The notes under the pieces are model-generated. The model did no database searches. It had not been told where the DNA came from and saw nothing but the letters and a program-made list of their open reading frames with translations. Source: Nemertoderma westbladi (Eukaryota; Animalia; Xenacoelomorpha). Taken from it: a DNA stretch of 44,587 nt. How positions within the stretch are numbered: position 1 is the stretch's first letter; every line of letters starts with the position of its first letter. Of the stretch, positions 13,041 through 24,117 are shown piece by piece. The translations under genes were made by a program, and so were the position numbers. Location of the stretch: assembly GCA_032718475.1 (NCBI GenBank), contig JAUCBJ010008855.1, positions 1 through 44,587 on the forward strand, read 5' to 3'.

Positions 13041-14691
13041 CATGGGGGTTGGGAGAGCAGAAGATATCTCATACCATCTTAATATATCATATCACACTGG
13101 TATTATCATGGCAAAGCCCAAGTCTCTGAGTTTATCTGTTATCTAGCTTATCTCTCTTTCTCTTTTGCTTTTGCAGAACCAGAAAAAAAGATGACTGTGT
13201 AGGACATCCCACATAATTGCAAATGTGTCTCCTAATGATTATAAAATGATCAGTTGAATGAATGATTTCATCAGGCTAGGTTTATTTTGAACATGTGTGG
13301 CATTGACACATGGTCGAACTACTAAGGTTTCAACGTGCTAGAATTGGCTCCAATAAAAACATACCTTTAAATTTATGCTTTGCTTTATGGAAAACACTAT
13401 AGTTGCCAAGCAAGATTAAACTGGTTTAAACAGTTTTTATTGTAAACTGTTGAATTGCTCTGCAGCGATTATATCCTATTATACCTTTTTCTTAAAAGCA
13501 GTCGATTGGTCTTAAATTCTCTTGAGGAGACTTTTTCCAACACATCTCCACGAGTATGCAGTGCAACAGTCATTGGCATTATCCATATCAGTCCTCAGAA
13601 GAGAAATAAAATTGTTAGGCATAACATACTGTATTTTAGACCTGATTGCGAAATATTGTCCATCTTAGACCACAGAAGTGAAAGAAAGTTTGTTAGGCTT
13701 TATGATTGAAAAACTAATTGATTGATTGACATTTCTGACACACAAATACTGCCTATGACAATTTAAATTTAACATTACATCCCAACATAATGTGTACCCA
13801 CATTACACATTATACAAAATATTATTTTTATAGACTTTGATAAGGGGAATTTTGCACCTTACATTTTTATTACCTTGGCAACAACACTATAACAATTTCA
13901 AAAACATATTTTATGAATCTTAGCCGTCTATTGTACCCAACCAACCATTGGTGATGAAAATATTATTAAAATGACCCTCCGGAAATACTGACAGCTTAGG
14001 TTAGAAATCTGGTGTAAGAGCCAAAGGTCTGTATTACAGGTTTATTTATTTTTGGTTTGCCACATTTGCTTCCACTGCATTTGGATACACTGAATCATTT
14101 GATTTTGCTGGGGTCCTAATAGTGGATATTTAGGACCTCTTTTACTTCATTATTACACTCTATTCTTCAGAACTGCCATAGATAACCATAATTAAATGGG
14201 GTGGTGATATTCCTCATCCTGGAAGCAGAAGCAAAATCTTTTTAGAAATTTTAATTTCGATGATGTAATGGTGAACTGTTGAAGTCATTACTTCTCAGAT
14301 GTTGTTAGATGCTAATAAGAAGCAATTTTCAATATTGGTATATTTCTTATTTCAATTTTTTATTATCAATGATTTTTTTTATTCTTCCTTTTATTAGCAT
14401 GAACCTAAACCTCATAAAAGGTCAGGGTAGCTCAGTTGGTTGACCGCATTCTAGCCCCTCTATTGAGCAGATTCTAGCCCCATCAGGGTCCTCTCCGCCT
14501 TTCATCCACTGGGTTCGATAAAATGAATACCAGTTAAATTAATGTGAGCAAAACTAGGGATAGAGGTTCTGTCCATCACTCGATCATTTGAAATTTGGAT
14601 TTGTAGGCCATGTTCATGATATCTATGGGAATAGATATGGAGTTTGGCAGAGTTCTCTACCATCAAACTAATCTCCAGGATTGGGAATGAT

Positions 14692-14850
14692 CTTCTCTGG
14701 GACTCTATTATATTCTCTTGGACTCTATTATATTCTCTTGGACTCTATTATATTCTCTTGGACTCTATTATCTTCTCTTGGACTCTATTATCTTCTCTTG
14801 GACTCTATTATCTTCTCTTGGACTCTATTATTATCTTATCTTGGTCTCTA
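14692..14850. repeat. 20-bp minisatellite (GACTCTATTATATTCTCTTG), about 7 copies
   Basis: Direct inspection: units start at 14701, 14721 and so on to 14821. Confidence 0.97.
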
Positions 14851-16091
14851 TTTTCTTCTTTTCTCTACCCTATGCAAGTCCTTGCCGGGATCTTGCTGAT
14901 GAGGACACCAGCTCCCTGGATGGTATAAAGTTATACCAGAATGTTACACAATGTAATGTTCACAGAATATGCAGAGATGCTTTAAATTTATGGAGGCAAC
15001 TCTTTACGAAAATCTAGCCCTACCCTAATCTATCCTTACACTTACAGCTAGCTACCAGTCACTGTCATCACCAGGAGGATCAGTATTATGAAAACACCTT
15101 GATTTGAGCTGACCATTTAGTCAGTCTTTGCCTGTTAACAAAGAAAGACGAGTTCTGTGTTGGGGGCGATTTGTTTCTAGATCTGCTGGCATTCCAACAT
15201 TGTGCAGGCCGATAATGTCATGTTTGTTACCCACCTGTGCTAAGCCGAGCGTTAAGGGAACCCTGTGTATAATCCTGCCATCCTTTTCATACACATTTAT
15301 TGTTCGGTAATATTTCTCACGTGCCACCTTACCTTGGGGCTTTCTAATTGAGACAACAGAATCTGATCTCTCTATACATGATGTTTGTGAAGTAAAATGC
15401 ATTACTGATGCTGAGTGATATAGATGAATGAATGTACTATTCATACATAGATTATTAAGGAATTTGTTACATAGGTATGTAAATACAGCTACAATTTAGT
15501 ACATAAGTAATAATATTTTACCCATATTGAGGTTTCGTAATGTATCACTTTATACGAGGTTAGCTAGAAAAAGACTCATAATCCAATGGAATTTTTCAAA
15601 TAATTAAATATGTTGACAAGCGTTTAAGCCGAAACACTAAGGATATATTTTAAGTAATAAGCGAGTCCTTATCTTTCCAGCACTATTAAAACAACTATAA
15701 CTATATTCATTCTGAGGATGTGCGTTTCATCTGGTTTTTTTGTTTTATTTGATCGATTTTTTATTATGAATTATACCTATACCATGCTTATTTTGTAGAC
15801 ATAACCATTTTAGTGTATTCCATATAAAATGCAAAAAGTAATAGAAAAAACAAATCCGTATTCTTAGATGGGCAATTGAGAGGCACTACGTTCCAAACTA
15901 GATTTATATCTAGCAATACAAAAAAACCTTAAATAATAAACCAATAATTATTTTTGAATTTTTTTATTTTTTCAACAAAACTATGTTCTGCGGATAAACC
16001 ACGAAAATAAAAATATTGCCAGTAGAAATATCTCGAGTAAAATATCGCAATAAAAATTGACAATAATTGTTGGAAAAGAACACTACATAAT

Positions 16092-16925
16092 ACCACTAGT
16101 TACCAACGAAAACACTAGCTACCATCGAAACCACTAGCTCATTGGAAACACTAGCTACCATCGAAACTACTAGCTACCATTGAAAATACTAGCTACCATC
16201 GAAACCACTAGCTACCATTGAAAACACTAGCTACCATTGAAACCACTAGCTACCATTAAAAATACTAGCTACCATCGAAACTACTAGCTACCATTGAAAA
16301 TACTAGCTACCGTCGAAACCACTACCTACCATTGAAAACACTAGCTACCATCGAAACCACTAGCTCATTGGAAACACTAGCTACCATCGAAACTACTAGC
16401 TACCATTGAAAATACTAGCTACCATCGAAACCACTAGCTACCTTTGAAAACACTAGCTACCATCGAAACCACTAGCTACCATTAAAAATACTAGCTACCA
16501 TCGAAACTACTAGCTCCCATTGAAAATACTAGCTACCATCGAAACCACTAGCTACCATTGAAAACACTAGCTACCATCGAAACCACCAGCTACCATCGAA
16601 ACCACTAGCTACCATTGAAAGCAATAGCTACCATCGAAACCACTAGCTACCATTGAAAACACTAGCTACCATCGAAACCACCAGCTACCATCGAAACCAC
16701 TAGCTACCATTGAAAGCATTAGCTACCATCGAAACCACTAGCTACCATTGAAAACACTAGCTACCATCGGAACCATTAGCTACCATTGAAAACACTAGCT
16801 ACCATCGAGACCACTAGCTACCATCGAAAACACTAGCTACCATCGAAAACTCTAGCTTCCATCGAGACCACTAGCTACCACCGAAAACACTAGCTACAAT
16901 ATCTAAAACACTAGCTACCTTGAAA
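16092..16925. repeat. 19/20-bp minisatellite (ACCACTAGCTACCATCGAA / ACACTAGCTACCATTGAAA) with a 39-bp higher-order unit
   Basis: About 40 copies of the CTAGCTACC core. Bracketed by the inverted motifs GAGTAAAATATCGCAA (16035-16050) and TTGCGATATTTTTACTC (16937-16953). Confidence 0.95.
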
Positions 16926-17603
16926 ATGTATTCCACTTGCGATATTTTTACTCTCAATATCTTTAATCACGAAATTATTACTCCTGATACCTTTGCGCAC
17001 GCTATTTTTACTCTCGATAATTTTCCTCGCGATATTTTCGATATTCTTCATCTGATATTTTTTCGCGATATTTTTAAGTATCGATAATTTTCACCAATAA
17101 ACCGTTTTAGACGTGTGGAGGCAGGCAGCCCACGGTTCAGAAAGGTAGGAATATAATAATAGGGTGAAATAATATAAAGTGATACATACAACTAGATACG
17201 ACAATAATAATGTGTATTATGTAATTTATTAAGATATTAATATTATTATATATTATATTAAATACTATTATGTAGCTATTCATACATAAACCGCAATTAA
17301 AATATTCGTTAAAAAACAAAAAAAAGGTAACAAACTAATGGAAAGAAATAATACTCAATCCTCAGTAAGAGAATATTTCATTGACATATGTGCTGCATTC
17401 ACTTTTTCTTACTTCTAACCTGCTGGCTGTTGACCTTAATTTCGTATTACTAATATAATAAAGATCACTATAATTAATATAAATTTGAAGAATAACGTAT
17501 TAGAGTTGGAAAGCGAATTGGAAGCGGATGTATAATAAATTGGAACAGAAGAATCTAATATCTAAACCAGTTAAAAACATCGAATAGAATCGGTCACTGG
17601 GAA

Positions 17604-18362
17604 ATGGATCAGCAGAGCGTGATTAATATTTCCGACACCATTATCTCAGACGACCCCAACGTGAACAATTGGGGGAGGCTCTTCTTCGGCGGAGTAGAGC
17701 TAGACCATTCGGATATTACTTCACTCGAAGGTTCAAACTGGCTCACTGGTACAATTATCGAATCTATCATCAAGTTCTTCTGCAGCGAATCATTAACCAC
17801 GCGTTCATGTGTGTTCAACCTCCAGTTCATTCACACCTATCGCAGTCGTGGATATAAGGCAATTGAGACCTGGACATCCCAGGCTGATCATCCGCTCTTC
17901 TACGACTACCTGTTCTTCCCGATCCTCGTTCGTAGTAATTCCAAGGGACAGCTGAACCACTGGGGTCTTGCAGTGCTCATACCACATGAAAAGAGTATCA
18001 GATATTTCGACTCGCTCGCAGGTTTTGATCAGGAGGTCATTGACCTGATCTCGGACTGGACTTTAAAGGAAGCAGTCAAGGTAGGTTTGGGCAACTTCAA
18101 TATCACCGCATCAGCAGAAATACATCAACCAATTCAGGACAACAGTTACCAGTGTGGTGTCTATGTGTGTCAGTACGCAAAAGCCTTGCTAAATAATGGT
18201 GACATCTCAGGGGTCAATGACCGATCAACCGCTGGACTCAGGGTCAATCTGCTGCAGCTTATTAAAGACCATAACCAGCCACCAGAAGCCACACCGCCAG
18301 TAGACACATCGCCAAAAGCCACTCCGCTAGAAGCCACAACGACAGATACCACAACGCCATAA
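17604..18362 (+). CDS. Ulp1/C48 (SUMO/ubiquitin-like) cysteine protease domain, N-terminal part of the CRE retrotransposon ORF
   Basis: SLEGSNWLTGTII, LFFPI...NHWGLAV (His), YFDSL (Asp), Q-DNSYQCGVYV (oxyanion Gln and catalytic Cys). Same frame as 18510..21392 and separated from it by one TAA. Confidence 0.88.
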   Translation: MDQQSVINISDTIISDDPNVNNWGRLFFGGVELDHSDITSLEGSNWLTGTIIESIIKFFCSESLTTRSCVFNLQFIHTYRSRGYKAIETWTSQADHPLFYDYLFFPILVRSNSKGQLNHWGLAVLIPHEKSIRYFDSLAGFDQEVIDLISDWTLKEAVKVGLGNFNITASAEIHQPIQDNSYQCGVYVCQYAKALLNNGDISGVNDRSTAGLRVNLLQLIKDHNQPPEATPPVDTSPKATPLEATTTDTTTP

Positions 18363-21300
18363 GCCACATCACGCCAGACCCTAACTCCCACAGTATCTTT
18401 CGCTGCACACAGCATCAATCACCAACCCAAACCCACTGGAATATGTAGCGAGAACAATGTCAGTTCATGTGACGCCACTGGAAAGTTTCCGTGCCCAGTA
18501 TGTGGCCGTATGTTTGCCCGAAGCGTCAATAACGGTCGGCTTCGCCCACACGGTCCGCATGGCAACCAGTGTACGGGATCTGGATCGTTGCTCACACCAG
18601 CTGAAACTCTTACCGTTACTAGCCAATCAGGTCATCCCAAAACGGCGCCTGGCCTTTCCTCGTCATCCTCCAGAGTAAGCCTACTGGAAAAGTTGCTTGG
18701 AAACCGCCAGAGACAAGTGAAACATGTTCCCAGAGGATCCCGGAGCAATCTAGCTGATCTTCTACGAGAGATTATGAACTCCATCACTTCCGATCCGAAA
18801 AATGAAGACAATTGGGAAAGATTGCTTATGGTGGGACACGCCTGCCTTGCTGTACCAAAGCGTGGGGGTAGAAGGCACCAAAAGTCGTTAGCTAGTATAA
18901 TAAACCTACGCATCGTTGCATATCGTGCAGGCTGCGTGAACCTTGAGCCCGAACCCCCACGTCAGTACCGAACAAATGCTAGGAAGAGAGATGATTTAAC
19001 TCGCTTGGCAACCTTGGTGGCAGAGAAAATTGATGAGGGTGACGTAAAGGGAGCGATAAGGCCTGCCTCCTCAACAGATACCATGGCCCCTAACAACTCT
19101 GAGACTCTGGAGAAATTGAAGTCCAAACATCCACCTTGCCCTCCAGACAGACGACAACTACCACCGATGACTGAGAGCCTCGCCCCTCCGGCCACCCCTG
19201 ACATCATCAGGAAATTAATTAACTCCTTCCCCAACGGAAGTGCTGGAGGTCCAGATGGAATACGACCACAAATTTGGAAAGACCTCATAAGCCTATCCAC
19301 TGGAGAATCTGGATCCCGTTTGCTCGGAGCGCTCTGCAAACTCGTTGACTGCATCATTGACGGCAAAACACCAGCCTCAGTCTGCCCGACCGAATTCGGA
19401 GCAAACTTGTTTGCCTTCGCGACGCCAGGGAAGATCAGACCTATAGCAGTAGGCAACTCGCTGCGGCGGCTCTGCTCTAAATATGCCGGACATCTAGCAA
19501 AGGAGAAGCGGTGCAACTCGTATGGAATTGTGCAGTTAGGTATCGGCACCAAGAATGGTGCTGAGGCTGTCGCACACGCGACTAGGTCAATGACCACCGC
19601 CACTAATGATGACTACACGGTGCTGTTGAAGGTAGACTTTAGCAACGCATTTAATACTCTCCGGCGCGACTCGTTCCTTGAACATATTTATGATCACACA
19701 CCAGTAATATACAACTATGCACTTTCAGCATATGGAAACAGCAGCCACCTCATCTACGCAGACACCGTACTATCTTCTGAAGAGGGCCTTCACCAAGGCG
19801 ACCCAGAGGGGCCATATATCTTTGGCGACACTGTCAACCCACTGGCCCAGTCAATGAAGTCAAACTTCAACACATGGTATCTGGATGATGGAAACCAAGC
19901 TGACCAGTACCCCGTTGTGCTCGCGGATCTGCAAAAGATAATGTCGGAAGGTGCTGCACTAGGTCTCAAAGTAAACCCCTCCAAGTGCGAGCTATATTTC
20001 CTGGGTAATGTTCCACCAATTGATCGCCAACGGATAGAGAAAGAATTTGACGCCATATGCCCAAGTATCAAGTTCCCACCAACGGAGGATCTAATCATGC
20101 TAGGCGCGCCCATTGGTACTAATGCAATCAAATCATGCCTGAATAAGAAAGTCAGCAACCTCACAACACTAAGTAGTCGTCTCCACCTACTTGACAACCA
20201 CCATGGCTTCTTCCTCCTGAAGAACTCCATCTCTATACCCCGGCTTATGTATTTCCTTCGGTCTGCCCCATGTTTTTCATTTCCAGAGCTACTTGATGAC
20301 TACGATAAGACGCTGCGCAGCGCACTGGAATCCGTTTCCAACACCCGGATTAACGACTCAGCTTGGAAGCAAGCATGCCTGCCGGCCCGGATGGGAGGCC
20401 TCGGTATTAGTTCAGCCACATTGCTCGCACCACCTGCCTTCTTGGCATCCGCGGCTATGTGTGAGGAACTCTCTAGCCGACTCTTCACCACTTCTCAGCG
20501 CAGCCCAGACCAAACATTGGAAATCGCAATGGATCTATGGAAATCCTCAGTCACACCGGAATCAGTGCCACCAACTAGCACCAACCAGAAATCTTGGACA
20601 ACACCAATCCACGAAGTCAACCTTGCTTCACTTCACACCTCCGCCTCACCCCACGATATTGCCCGGCTCAACTCGGTGGAAGACCCAACCGCAGGTTGTT
20701 GGCTCGATGCTATTCCAAGTTCTGCTTTGGGCCTCAAGTTAACGGACGCTCAGTTCAGGATCTCCATCGCGACCCGCCTCGGATGCCAGGTTACCGAGCC
20801 CCATGAGTGTACCAGGTGTGGCACTGCTGTTGAAGCTGACGGCCTACACGGACTCTCGTGCCAACGAAGCGCTGGCCGGTTGCCTCGCCACACAATGATC
20901 AATGAGATCGTAAAGCGGGCACTGGCTAGCTGTGACGTACCATCCATCCTAGAACCACCGGGTCTATGCCGAGGGGATGGCAAACGAGTAGACGGTATGT
21001 CCCTAGTCCCTTGGTCCAGGGGCAAAACGCTGACATGGGACGCCACGGTTGTACACCCACTCGCCCAAAGCCACCTGGCAACAAGCATACATACCGGCGG
21101 ACGTGCTGCTGAAAACCAGGAAACCCTCAAGATCAGGAAATATCAGGAGCTTATTGACCAGGGTTTCCTGTTCACGCCAGTCGCCTTTGAAACGTTTGGT
21201 CGCCCCGGTCCGGCAACGGAAGTTTTCCTGAAGGAGGTCGGTAGGAGGATACATTTATCAACACAGGATCCTCGCTCTCATCGTTTCCTGCTTCAGCGCA

Positions 21301-21392
21301 TCGCGGTCGCAATACTCGTTGGGAACTCGGCCGCAGTCCTCGGTACAGTTGAATCTCCGTCAGAGGGCCTATTCGATATCCTAGGCATCTAG
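18363..21392 (+). CDS. CRE-clade polyprotein: zinc finger, reverse transcriptase, CCHC knuckle and restriction-like endonuclease
   Basis: CPVCGR..HGPHGNQC finger. RT motifs GPDG, IRPIAVG, QLGIG, VDFSNAFN, QGDP, WYLDDG, GLKVNPSKCE, LPARMGGLGI. C-terminal CTRC..HGLSC, RH..N, EP, KRVDG..WDATV, E..K..KY, PVAFETFG. Confidence 0.93.
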   Translation, partial: ATSRQTLTPTVSFAAHSINHQPKPTGICSENNVSSCDATGKFPCPVCGRMFARSVNNGRLRPHGPHGNQCTGSGSLLTPAETLTVTSQSGHPKTAPGLSSSSSRVSLLEKLLGNRQRQVKHVPRGSRSNLADLLREIMNSITSDPKNEDNWERLLMVGHACLAVPKRGGRRHQKSLASIINLRIVAYRAGCVNLEPEPPRQYRTNARKRDDLTRLATLVAEKIDEGDVKGAIRPASSTDTMAPNNSETLEKLKSKHPPCPPDRRQLPPMTESLAPPATPDIIRKLINSFPNGSAGGPDGIRPQIWKDLISLSTGESGSRLLGALCKLVDCIIDGKTPASVCPTEFGANLFAFATPGKIRPIAVGNSLRRLCSKYAGHLAKEKRCNSYGIVQLGIGTKNGAEAVAHATRSMTTATNDDYTVLLKVDFSNAFNTLRRDSFLEHIYDHTPVIYNYALSAYGNSSHLIYADTVLSSEEGLHQGDPEGPYIFGDTVNPLAQSMKSNFNTWYLDDGNQADQYPVVLADLQKIMSEGAALGLKVNPSKCELYFLGNVPPIDRQRIEKEFDAICPSIKFPPTEDLIMLGAPIGTNAIKSCLNKKVSNLTTLSSRLHLLDNHHGFFLLKNSISIPRLMYFLRSAPCFSFPELLDDYDKTLRSALESVSNTRINDSAWKQACLPARMGGLGISSATLLAPPAFLASAAMCEELSSRLFTTSQRSPDQTLEIAMDLWKSSVTPESVPPTSTNQKSWTTPIHEVNLASLHTSASPHDIARLNSVEDPTAGCWLDAIPSSALGLKLTDAQFRISIATRLGCQVTEPHECTRCGTAVEADGLHGLSCQRSAGRLPRHTMINEIVKRALASCDVPSILEPPGLCRGDGKRVDGMSLVPWSRGKTLTWDATVVHPLAQSHLATSIHTGGRAAENQETLKIRKYQELIDQGFLFTPVAFETFGRPGPATEVFLKEVGRRIHLSTQDPRSHRFLLQRIAVAILVGNSAAVLGTVESPSEGLFDILGI

Positions 21393-23370
21393 ATTGCACC
21401 TCTTCCGGCACCTGGACTATATATATGAAGGAAGAAGGAAGGGCAGACTGACAGAAGGGCCAATAGCAAAGCAATCTGTTAATGGTGATGGACATAAAAG
21501 ACAGTTGCAAAGAACTGGAACTTTATAGCAAGAAGAATAGGATGGGTTATTTGAATTGTTGGGACAAGCACCGACCACTATAATATCTTATTGTTTACAT
21601 TATTTAATTATTAATATTAATATAATTTAGGTTGATCATAATATAAAATAAATAATAACATCCTAAATAAAAAAAAAATTAAAAATTTATTAAGTAAACT
21701 GTGAATATCTGGGAAATGAATTATTCAAATGACAATATCGACAGCAAAAGTAATACGTTATTTTAGTTGATGAGTATAGTATTATGCAGCTGTCAATACA
21801 AATTGAATAGTTAGAATTCTCACTGAAATACGAATTATTACTTCACCTCTTAGATGAAATAATTCATAAATTGCCTCTGTTCCATCTGTTGTCAGAGATC
21901 AATAAAAAAATTATTATTATAATAAATGAATAGGAGAAATTACAAAAGTCAAGTCTGTATGAATGTCTTATATTTTTAGTTCAGAATTCAAATTAAAAAA
22001 TGAATGTAACAAATCAGATAATTTGCAACAGATGGTTACAAATATACTACGTTAGCTAGGCTATGTTATTTACCTAATGTTCCACATTACTTTTTGCTAC
22101 AATTTTTATTTTTTTCTTTTATATGTGCAAAGCTGTTCTCCAGAGGTATTGATTGATGACAGTAGTGGTTGTACTAGATATATATATGTCTGTAGTATAT
22201 ATATATAGATATAATAAATGTACATATAAATTACTTAATTTTCTATGCCGTACCAAATCATAAATTGATCCTCTACTAATTATTCAGCAACTGATTTCTC
22301 ACTCACCTTAACAAATAAATCATTGCCTCCAGCGTTTATCGTCCCACCCGTGTGCATTGTCTCCAAAGTTCAATCCACATCAGCAATTATTAAACATTTC
22401 TGCAGATATCTATAGAGGGTTTTAAAGAGTAAATATAATCATATTTTTGACGAAGTTACACACCAATGTTATGCAGTACCTTATACAATAACATGTAACA
22501 CGTAATAACAGTTCTAATTATTGATTGATTTTTAGGAAGGTAGTCGTTCAGCATCAGCATTTCACTGGTAAGATTATTTCATTTTCAAACAAACTGTTTC
22601 AATTTTAATGCCTCACAACTCTTGGAGGTTACGTTTAAACTAACCGCTTTATACTATATCATTAAATAAATGTAAATTTACTAACATAAAATTTGTTACC
22701 AATTTAAAAAATCTTAATATCACGAAATCAAATAGATAGGACCCTGGATTTAGAATCCTCGAGCTTATGTTACAGTAATATCCTTTACCCCATCAACGCA
22801 CCCACCCATCATCCTATTTGCTTGTACAATACTCATCATTACTGGTAGCAAAAAAACATATTGAATGATTGTATATTCAGGGACTATGCCCATAAAAACA
22901 ATTACTATAAATAAACAAAAACACGCAAAATAGCACATTTGATTAAGTCAGAACAACAGAAAATACATGACACCCCAGATTGAAGACCTGTATTTAGACC
23001 GTAACCCAGTCAAAAAGACACATACGATCCACATGCGTATAGAATGCGTGATGTATAGAATGCGGAATTCAATATTTTTTTACAAATTTTAATAAGTGAT
23101 ATAATTGACTGTGACGGGAGCCAACGGAGTTGGCAGTATCAGCTCCCGACCGGTATGTGAGTTGTACAATGTACATGTCGCCGCGTCTGTGAGCTGCTGA
23201 GCTGTCGATATGGATATATATATTAGGCCGAAGGCCGTTGAAATTGACTGTGTTCTTGTTATCAGTATTAATAATCACAGTAATCGATAATAGCACAGTC
23301 TGAATATAATAGCATGCAATGCAGCGGTTAGTGACGACGGTGATGGTCAAAACTGTTCCGGTCTCACAAC

Positions 23371-23795
23371 TGTAAGGAACGAACTAAACTAATAATCAAT
23401 AATCACAACGGTTATATCATTGACACATGTTAAATTACCCCTACACAACAGGGTGGCCTTAATATCCAATAGATGCGCTCTAATCCCCCCCCCCCCCCCC
23501 CCCCAATGTGCTTTCCCGCCCACCATTGGCTTAACCTGATTAATTCTCACCTCACCACTCCCTGTTGCCACTGTCCCTTCGTGCTAGCCTTACTAGCTTG
23601 CTTGTCCCTCTGAGGTGGTTTGACCTCTCACCTCTCTCTGTGGCTTACGGCGTGTGTCGCCCCCCCCCCCCCCCCCCCCCCCCAGTTGGTTGTGAGGTGA
23701 GATTATTGTTGGTAATCTCACCTTGCCAACAATATTTGTAAAATGCCACTAATCCCATTTTCGGTGGGTAGTGCACGGAATTGAATCCGCTTACA
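23371..23795 (-). repeat. 3' LTR (425 bp) of a minus-strand BEL/Pao element (element A)
   Basis: Termini TGTAAG...CTTACA form a 6-bp inverted repeat. On the minus strand the LTR follows a polypurine tract directly. The partner LTR is not in the window. Confidence 0.7.
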
Positions 23796-23811
23796 CTCCC
23801 CCCCCCCTCCC
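23796..23811 (-). promoter_or_regulatory. Polypurine tract of element A
   Basis: Minus strand GGGAG(G)nAG directly followed by TGTAAG. Confidence 0.7.
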
Positions 23812-24117
23812 ATGCTATCTTCCCGGTGAGAAGATAGCATCAACCTCAAGTGCGCTTCAATTCCGCTGGAATCCAATCTAATATTGGATGTGAGGTGGAA
23901 TTTTCTTCTCGGGGTCGGCTTTCCAGGCTGGCCCCCATTGGTCTGTTATCACTACCCATCCTTGGTACATCTGCGAGCTATGATCGCCCTCACTCAATTT
24001 TTCTCACGGAATTTGTTGTCCCTTCCTCTCCCACCAGTCCCTTGGGACTCATCTTCCTCTATGCTCGCCGCCCACACGTGAATCTCGCACTTCTTTCACC
24101 TCTTCACACCCTAACAC

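Larger units (their letters stand above)
17450..21678 (+). mobile_element. Near full-length CRE-type (RLE) non-LTR retrotransposon with Ulp1 domain; boundaries approximate
   Basis: GC-richer coding block in AT-rich flanks. 3' UTR with AATAAA and an A-run at about 21669-21678. No TSD identified, so the 5' end is uncertain. Confidence 0.75.

Noticed and set aside
14644-15017. Three overlapping hydrophobic ORFs
   Set aside because: They are translations of the 20-bp minisatellite.
15121-15444. 107-aa minus-strand ORF and a nearby signal-peptide-like stretch with GTAAGT
   Set aside because: No recognisable domain, in-frame stops, and no consistent exon chain.
18632-21510. Many antisense and alternate-frame ORFs over the CRE element
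   Set aside because: Shadows of a GC-richer coding strand with no independent motifs.
21842-22410. Two possible minus-strand exons with AG/GT boundaries
   Set aside because: Joining them gives no sustained open frame. They could be non-coding, but that cannot be supported without RNA data.
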